From positions 358,087 through 422,086 of the forward strand of contig NIVC01000340.1 in NCBI GenBank assembly GCA_002269645.1: a stretch of DNA of 64,000 nt, given 5' to 3'. The notes below the pieces were generated by a model that was not told the origin of the DNA, did no database searches, and saw only the letters and a program-made list of their open reading frames with translations. Below, one piece after another: positions 59,785 to 64,000 of this stretch. Origin of the DNA: Macrostomum lignano (Eukaryota). Both the position numbers and the translations under genes were made by a program. Position 1 is the stretch's first letter, and every line of letters starts with the position of its first letter.

Positions 59785-62700
59785 CAGTTGGGTCCGTGGA
59801 AAGGGTCTAAGTTTCCGCGGAATGGTCGCGGAATTCCGTGGAAAACTGTGTGAAATGCGCTCCTATTGGCTAGGCCAATGGGATTTCCCGAATACTTAGA
59901 GGTGAAATTTCCCGAATCGATGGGATGGCCCAGGAATCTATATTGTTCCTTGACTATGCTACTTTTTCCTTTATATAGCAGCACCTTATGAACGAGATTT
60001 AAAGCCATGCTTGCTAGTTGTCATATATATAGCCTTGTGTGCTTCGATTAATCTGGATTAATATTTATTGATGTCTGGCCATTACGTCACCGAAAATCAA
60101 AGGGCTGAAATGTTGAAGCGCTTTTTTATACAAAACAAGGAGAGAGAGATAGAGAGAAGGAGACAGGCGGCATGGAGAAGGAGAGAGGAGAGAAGCGGCA
60201 GGAAGGAGAGAGGAGAGAGAAGAATAGAAGGACTGAGGTGGCAGGGATGAGAGGCGGCAGAGAGAAGGAGATGGAAGGAGAGAGAAGGAGAGAGGAGAGG
60301 GAAGGGGAGGAAGGGAGAGGGAAGGAGAGGAAGGGAGGGGAAGGAGAAAGGAGAGGGAAGGAGAGAGGAGAGGGAAGGAGAGGAAGGGAGAGGGAAGGAG
60401 AGGAAGGGAGAGGGAAGGAGAGGAAGGGAGAGGGAAGGAGAGGAAGGGAGGGGAAGGAGAAAGGAGAGGGAAGGAGAGAGGAGAGGGAAGGAGAGGAAGG
60501 GAGAGGGAAGGAGAGGAAGGGAGAGGGAAGGAGAGGAAGGGAGGGGAAGGAGAAAGGAGAGGGAAGGAGAGAGGAGAGGGAAGGAGAGGAAGGGAGGGGA
60601 AGGAGAAAGGAGAGGAAGGAGAGAGGAGAGGGAAGGAGAGGAAGGGAGAGGGAAGGAGAGGAAGGGAGAGGGAAGGAGAGGAAGGGAGAGGAAGGAGAGG
60701 AAGGAGAGGAAGGAGAGGAAGGGAGAGGGAAGGCGAGAGAAGGAGAGGAAAGGAGAGAGAAGGGAGAGGGAAGGAGAGAGGAGAGGGAAGGAGAGAGGAG
60801 AGGGAAGGAGAGAGGAGAGGGAAGGAGAGGAAGGGAGAGGGAAGGAGAGAGGAGAGGGAAGGAGAGGGAGGGAGGGAGAGAGGAGAGGGAAGGAGAGGAA
60901 GGGAGAGGGGAGGAGAGAGGAGAGGGAAGGAGAGAGGAGAGGGAAGGAGAGAGGAGAGGGAAGGAGAGAGAAGGAAGAGAGAGGAGAGGGAGAGGAGAGG
61001 AGGAGGGAAGGAGAGAGGAGAGGGAAGGAGAGAGGAGAGGGAAGGAGAGAGGAGAGGGAAGGAGAGGAAGGGAGAGGGAAGGAGAGAGGAGAGGGAAGGA
61101 GAGAGGAGAGGGAGGGAGAGAGGAGAGGGAAGGAGAGGAAGGGAGAGGGAGGAGAGAGGAGAGGGAAGGAGAGGAAGGGAGAGGAAGGAGAGAGGAGAGG
61201 AAGGAGAGAGGAGAGGGAAGGAGAGAGGAGAGGGAAGGAGAGAGGAAAGGGAAGGAGAGAGGAGAGGGAAGGAGAGGAAGGGAGAGGGAAGGAGAGAGGA
61301 GAGGGAAGGAGAGAGGAGAGGGAAGGAGAGAGGAGAGGGAAGGAGAGGAAGGGAGAGGAAGGAGAGAGGAGAGGGAAGGAGAGAGGAGAGGGAGGGAGAG
61401 AGGAGAGGGAAGGAGAGGAAGGGAGAGGGGAGGAGAGAGGAGAGGGAAGGAGAGAGGGAGAGGAAGGAGAGAGGAGAGGGAAGGAGAGAGGAGAGGGAAG
61501 GAGAGAGGAGAGGGAAGGAGAGGAAGGGAGAGGGAAGGAGAGGAAGGAGAGGGAGGAGAGGAAAGGAGAGAGAGAAGGAGAGAGGCGGCAGGGAGAAGGA
61601 GAAAGAAGGAGAGAGGAGAGATAATTGCGGAACGGCAACGGACTGCCCAAACTCTCCTCTCTCCTTTTCTTCTTCTCTCTCCTGTCCCCTCTCTCCTTCT
61701 CCCATAGAAATTGATAGAGATTGCAGAGAAATTGATATTTTTGCAAAGGTTTCAAAGTTTTGAGCATCTCTTCCCCGCCTTTTAAAGCCGTCATCAGCAA
61801 GAATGAGATCATGCTATGATCACGCAAGTTCCACGTGACAAAAATTTGAGTCACTTATCAACGCATCCTGACAGCATGTCTACATAGCTTGTAGAAACAA
61901 TTGGGACTATTTTTGTGTGCATTGAACAGAGGCAGGAGGAACTAAAAATTCCTTCCACATAATGACGAACAATAGAAAAGAGAGAAGAGAAATCGAATGG
62001 GGGTAGACAGCGCCTCACTGAATGACTAAACAGCGAGATTAGCAAGGCTGGTTTGGGAAGAGATTGAATAGGCGGTCTTCAGTCACCCTCCGAACATCTC
62101 ACACAGATCGATCGATATTCGAGATGGGTTGAGGGGCACTGGGGAGTCATTATGCGGATTGCCCTTTGCCCTGGGGTCCCCGCTTTTGCCCAACAGCGAA
62201 CTCGAGAATCATAAACCTTGCAGACCTCATAGGCGATATGGAAGTGACACTCTCAAAAACAAGACCGTTGTGACCAACTCAGACGGATTCGTTCTAATCT
62301 GGACTAACCAGTAGGACTAAAAGCAGTTTAGTCCCATTTTAGAATAGATAGCAACTGAATGCAAGGCGCATAACAATTGCGATTACCGTCACCTTACCGC
62401 GCACACAACTGTATTTTCTATTTTACTGGAATTATTACTGATATCCCTAGATTTCTGAGATGCAGCAAATATAAATGTTCGTCACATTCAGTTCGCCATT
62501 GACTCCCAGAAAATCATTGCGTTAGCAATAGGTGGAAACGATGTCTCAGTTAATGGCTGCAGCCAAGAGAAGCTAAAAGAAAGGTTTGAGGGCGCATTGC
62601 GTCATCCCGTAGACAGTCGGTTGGGGACCACAAGAGTATAGATTTGGGGTTGAAAGCATTCTTGTTAATGCTTCCAAAGATTTTGCACCTTTGCCCCCCT

Positions 62701-63610
62701 CAGTTAAACGGAACAGAATAAGGGACTGAATTGTCCCCTGCTATGTATGCTATGTGCAAATCATTTCTATTCTGCTCGGACAAAATCTTGGAGGAAACCA
62801 TTTCTCACAGGTTCCATGCCTCCCTATCTCCCGACAATGGGGTAAATGCTTTCTCAGAGTTGTGCAAGAAAATTCAGATAACAACACCCCTCTCTCTCAT
62901 AGGTGACTGAAGATCTCTCTCTTTCTCTCTCGCTCACTTCTCATTATTGTTGATGGCGGCTTCAGGAAGATATACTCGAAATTGTAGTTGAATCCTTTGC
63001 AAAAATATAAATTTGTATGCATTTTATTATTGTGGGAGGGGCAACGGACTGCCCAAACGGCCTCTCTCCTCTCTCTACCACTTCTTTCCTTCTCTCTGCC
63101 GCCTCTCTCCTTCTCTTCTCGTCTCTCCTTCCATCTCCCTCTCTTTCGTCTCTCCTTCCATCTCCTTCTCTCTGCCGCCTCTCATCCCTGCCCCTCTGTC
63201 CTTCTCTTCTTCTCTCTGCTCTCTCCTTCTGCCACTTCTCTCCTCTCTCCTTCTCCATGCCGCCTGTCTCCTTCTCTCTATCTCTCTCTCTCCTTGTTTT
63301 GTATAAAAAAGCGCTTCAACATTTCAGCCCTTTGATTTTCGGTGACGTAATGGCCAGACATCAATAAATATTAATCCAGATTAATCGAAGCACTCAAGGC
63401 TATATATATGACAAATAGCAAGCATGGCTTTAAATCTCGTTCATAAGTTGCTGCTATATAAAGGAAAAAGTAGCATAGTCAGGGAGGAATATGGATTCCT
63501 GGGCCATCCCATCCCCATTCGCCTAGCCAATAGGAGCGCATTTCACACAGTTTTCCACGGAATTTCGCGACCGCTCCGCGAAATTTAGACCCTTTCCACG
63601 GACCCAACTG
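59785..63610. mobile_element. 3.8-kb foldback-like DNA element with long TIRs and TA target duplication (Tc1/mariner-like ends)
   Basis: TA|CAGTTGGGTCCGTGGAAAGGGTCTAA ... TTAGACCCTTTCCACGGACCCAACTG|TA. The outer ~400 bp of the arms are near-identical inverted copies, and diverged inner homology extends to ~61800/~62950. No intact transposase. Confidence 0.85.
60270..61620. repeat. GA-rich low-complexity/minisatellite expansion inside the left arm of the foldback element
   Basis: (GGAGAGGGAAGGAGAGA/GGAAGGGAGAG)n; source of the spurious E/R/G-rich and L/S/P-rich ORFs. Confidence 0.95.
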
Positions 63611-63659
63611 TACTATTAGAACGCGAGCTGAGAATGTCGTTAAATGAGCGTCTGCGAAG

Positions 63660-64000
63660 TGAGATGCGCCCCTCTCGTCTATTGCGTCCCTCTCGTGTAT
63701 ATTATGGCGCCCCTCTCGTGTATATTATGGCGCCCCTCTCGTGTATATTATGGCGCCCCTCTCGTGTATATTATGGCGCCCCTCTCGTGTATATTATGGC
63801 GCCCCTCTCGTGTATATTATGGCGCCCCTCTCGTGTATATTATGGCGCCCCTCTCGTGTATATTATGGCGCCCCTCTCGTGTATATTATGGCGTCCCCTC
63901 TCGTGTATATTATGGCGCCCCTCTCGTGTATATTATGGCGTCCCCTCGTGTATATTATGGCGTCCCTCGTGTATATTATGGCGTCCCCTCGTGTATATTA
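63660..64000. repeat. ~23-bp minisatellite (GCGCCCCTCTCGTGTATATTATG)n, truncated by window end; related to the repeat inside the hAT MITE
   Basis: The unit matches GCCCCTCTCGCGTATATTATGGCG at ~59341-59364. Confidence 0.93.

Noticed and set aside
60065-61854. E/R/G-rich and L/S/P-rich 500-585 aa ORFs
   Set aside because: Low-complexity GA tract inside the foldback arm, with no domain features.
61800-62950. Transposase gene in the foldback core
   Set aside because: The frames I translated are interrupted by stops, and no DDE motif was recognisable.

Overview
Eukaryotic (metazoan) genomic DNA with spliceosomal introns and an extreme minisatellite load. The pattern of a different 15-80 bp array in almost every large intron suggests a flatworm such as Macrostomum; this is inference only. 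Seven protein-coding loci were reconstructed by hand with GT/GC-AG boundaries and reading phases checked. On the + strand: the last two exons of NUP160, an SLC16/MCT-like MFS transporter, UBE2J1, NMD3 and a divergent 7-exon Rab GTPase. On the - strand: a ~1750-aa acidic Thr/Glu-rich membrane mucin and a ~1500-aa 13-exon MUC4/SUSD2-like surface protein (EGF-NIDO-AMOP-VWD-EGF-TM). A near-perfect 58 x 80-bp array lies between the divergent mucin and Rab genes. The last ~11 kb is a mobile-element cluster: an LTR-like piece, a frameshifted Penelope-like element, an LTR with PBS and three repeated TALE/Hox-like site modules, a hAT-type MITE carrying a minisatellite, and a 3.8-kb long-TIR foldback element. 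Most long repetitive ORFs in the supplied track are artefacts of non-coding repeats. No CRISPR or prokaryotic system is present.
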